DNA from: Klebsormidium nitens
Lineage: Eukaryota > Plantae > Klebsormidiophyceae
NCBI GenBank assembly: GCA_000708835.1
Contig: DF237155.1
Location: forward strand, 62,001 to 126,000
Reading direction: 5' to 3'
Length of the DNA stretch: 64,000 nucleotides
Shown here: one piece after another, positions 61,968 through 64,000 of the stretch
How the letters are laid out: each line of letters opens with the position of its first letter
Position numbering within the stretch: position 1 is the first letter of the stretch
The notes under the pieces: generated by a model
What the model saw: only the letters and a program-made list of their open reading frames with translations
Databases searched by the model: none
What the model was told of the DNA's origin: nothing
Position numbers and translations under genes: made by a program

Positions 61968-63531
61968 ATGGCGCCAATGCCAATGGCTACATCTGTAGAT
62001 CTGAGTTGCTGGAGGCCTGTGGGGTCCATTTGTATTACACAAGGGGTTCCTGAATCTGTTGCCAACCAAATTACAAGCAATCTTAAGAAACATGGTCTTC
62101 ACTCCACCATACAAAGTAGAAGACCGCACAATGCCACCCTTTCAAGTCATCAGCAACCACCACCTCGCGTACAGCATATAGATTATCACTTCAAACAGGT
62201 GCAGCTTAGAAACCAGTCAGCTCTCTTCTTCAATTTTAGCAGCATTTTCCGATCTAAACGCATTCGACAACACGTCCTCAAGCAGAGGAAGGGTCCACCC
62301 TGGCTGGCTGGCATAAAGAAGCGCACCCGGCAAAAATGTATTGAAGCCGTTAGAGCCATTGCTGAATCACAAGAACCTGAAGCTTCTCTTGACAACGGCA
62401 ATGAGGACAATGCGGACAAGAGAACGTGGCAAGACTGGTTGGGGCTGGCAACTAGTTTGTACCCCGTGTATGTCTCGCTGGGGGCACTTCTGGCGGTGGT
62501 TCGACCGTCATCCTTTGCATGGTTCTGTGCGGTGAGCAGCCAAGCAGAAAGCGCTCAGAAGCGCGAAAAACTGGAACTCCTGGTCCCTTTTCTGTACCAC
62601 CTCTAGATCTTTGTGCCCTGCCTCTGGCGCCCCCACCACTTCTTGTCGCTTAGCTCTCTAGTTGTTGATAATCAAAAGAGACCCTGGCAGGGTCTTGTCT
62701 GGCAATCTCTCTACATACTAACTAAGAGGTCTTGCACACCCCGAAGGAAGACCCCCAAAACTGACCTATCGCTGTTGCTTTCGCCAGGGCGGGCCAACTT
62801 TGTACAGCTCTGCTTTGGGGATCATCATGCTGTCTATGGGCCTCACAATGGGGTGGGAGGACCTGCGGGCCTTGTTACTAGGCCATCCCGCGGCCATCGC
62901 ATTCGGCTTTGCCGCGCAGTATGTCCTGATGCCGCTCCTAGGCTTAGTGGTTAGTCACGCGCTCGGGCTGCCCTCGGCGCTGGCAGCGGGGGTGGTTCTG
63001 CTGTCGTGCTGTCCAGGAGGGACTGCTTCCAATGTGGTGAGTCGCAGCACTATGCAAGCGCTGGTATCTTGCGTACTAACGAGGCCAGGTTGCTTAGAGA
63101 ATGAAGTAGAGGTCAGAATCTTGTGTTGTCGGTGCCATCACAGATGGTGGTGAGTTGTCATATAGGAGGTTGGTCACAGTCGTCCAACGTGAGTTGTGCA
63201 CACCGAAACAAGCATGTCTGCAGATGGACGCAACTGTCACATGAGGGGAGAGTAAGGCGACAGTTACTTTCCAAGCCTCCGCTGCTTGCACAATCATCTC
63301 CAACCCCAACCGAGTTGCGCTTCTGCCGCAGTCCGAGTTATCCTGCTTCGAGCTGGTTTTCTCTTTGTTATCCAGGTGACCTTGATTGGGTATGGCGACG
63401 TCCCGCTGTCCATCATGATGACCATCTGCACCACCTTTGGAGCTGTGATCATGACGCCCTTCCTGATGCAAACACTGGCGGGCACGCTGGTGCCCATTGA
63501 CGCAGCGGGACTTGCGCTCAGCACACTACAG
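61968..63531 (+). CDS. BASS-family sodium/metabolite (bile acid:Na+ symporter) transporter, probably plastid-targeted; 3' part lies beyond the window
   Basis: Exons 61968-62531, 62788-63036, 63376-63531, all phase 0. [80 protein letters not shown]. Long basic Ser-rich N-terminus. Confidence 0.93.
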
Positions 63532-64000
63532 GTAAGGCAGTGCCACAACCAGACATGTACATTCCCTGGGTTCTAGAGGATCCGAGATTGGGCTGGAGCA
63601 ATACCGACATCAGAGGAATGAAAATGTTTCAGAGATTGACCTGTTGAAGTAAGACTGAGCAAAGGCATGGCGGTATGGCTTGAACTTTTTCACAGCCCAT
63701 ACTGTGTGCGTTGATGAACCGAAAGTCGGTACAAGCTTTTGTAGTAATTTCAGAGCACTCACTGCCATCCAGGCTTCCAGTTAGCCACAGAGTCATGCTG
63801 TCACCATCAGCCCTCACCACCCTGTTTTCCAGCTAGCCAGCGGCATGTTTTAGACCACTGCTCAGCTTCGTAATTTCAGACCGGCCGTAGAAACGCAGAT
63901 CATTATACCAAAGTGTCCCTGCCAAATATTCATCATCTCCTGCGGATTTTCTTTTGCAACATACGGAGTCTCTCTTCAAGAGAATGTTGAAGAATACGGA

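Overview
This is intron-rich eukaryotic nuclear DNA with GT-AG introns and GC-rich exons. The gene content is plant-like (plastid ABC1 kinase, BASS transporter, CBM-GH10 xylanase) but includes the centriole gene CCDC57, so I infer a flagellate streptophyte alga such as Klebsormidium. Spliced genes reconstructed by eye, in order: ABC1/COQ8 kinase with a ~700-aa low-complexity N-terminal exon (-), a 118-aa Cys-rich orphan (+), an 841-aa disordered protein of unknown function (-), eIF3h (+), a dehydrin/LEA-like Gly/Met-rich protein (+), three intronless paralogous multi-TM membrane proteins (one broken by a frameshift and a MITE), CCDC57 (-), tubulin cofactor A (-), a triple-CBM GH10 xylanase (+), and a BASS transporter cut by the window end (+). 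The least explained elements are (i) two ~240-bp direct repeats at 18.9-19.7 kb, built as hairpin arrays with compensatory and wobble substitutions and a nonamer loop CACAAAGTC, and (ii) the intronless cluster of three PaxA/AscF- or DUF2834/DUF1475-like membrane proteins at 33.9-39.8 kb. All homology calls come from motif recognition; no database search was run.
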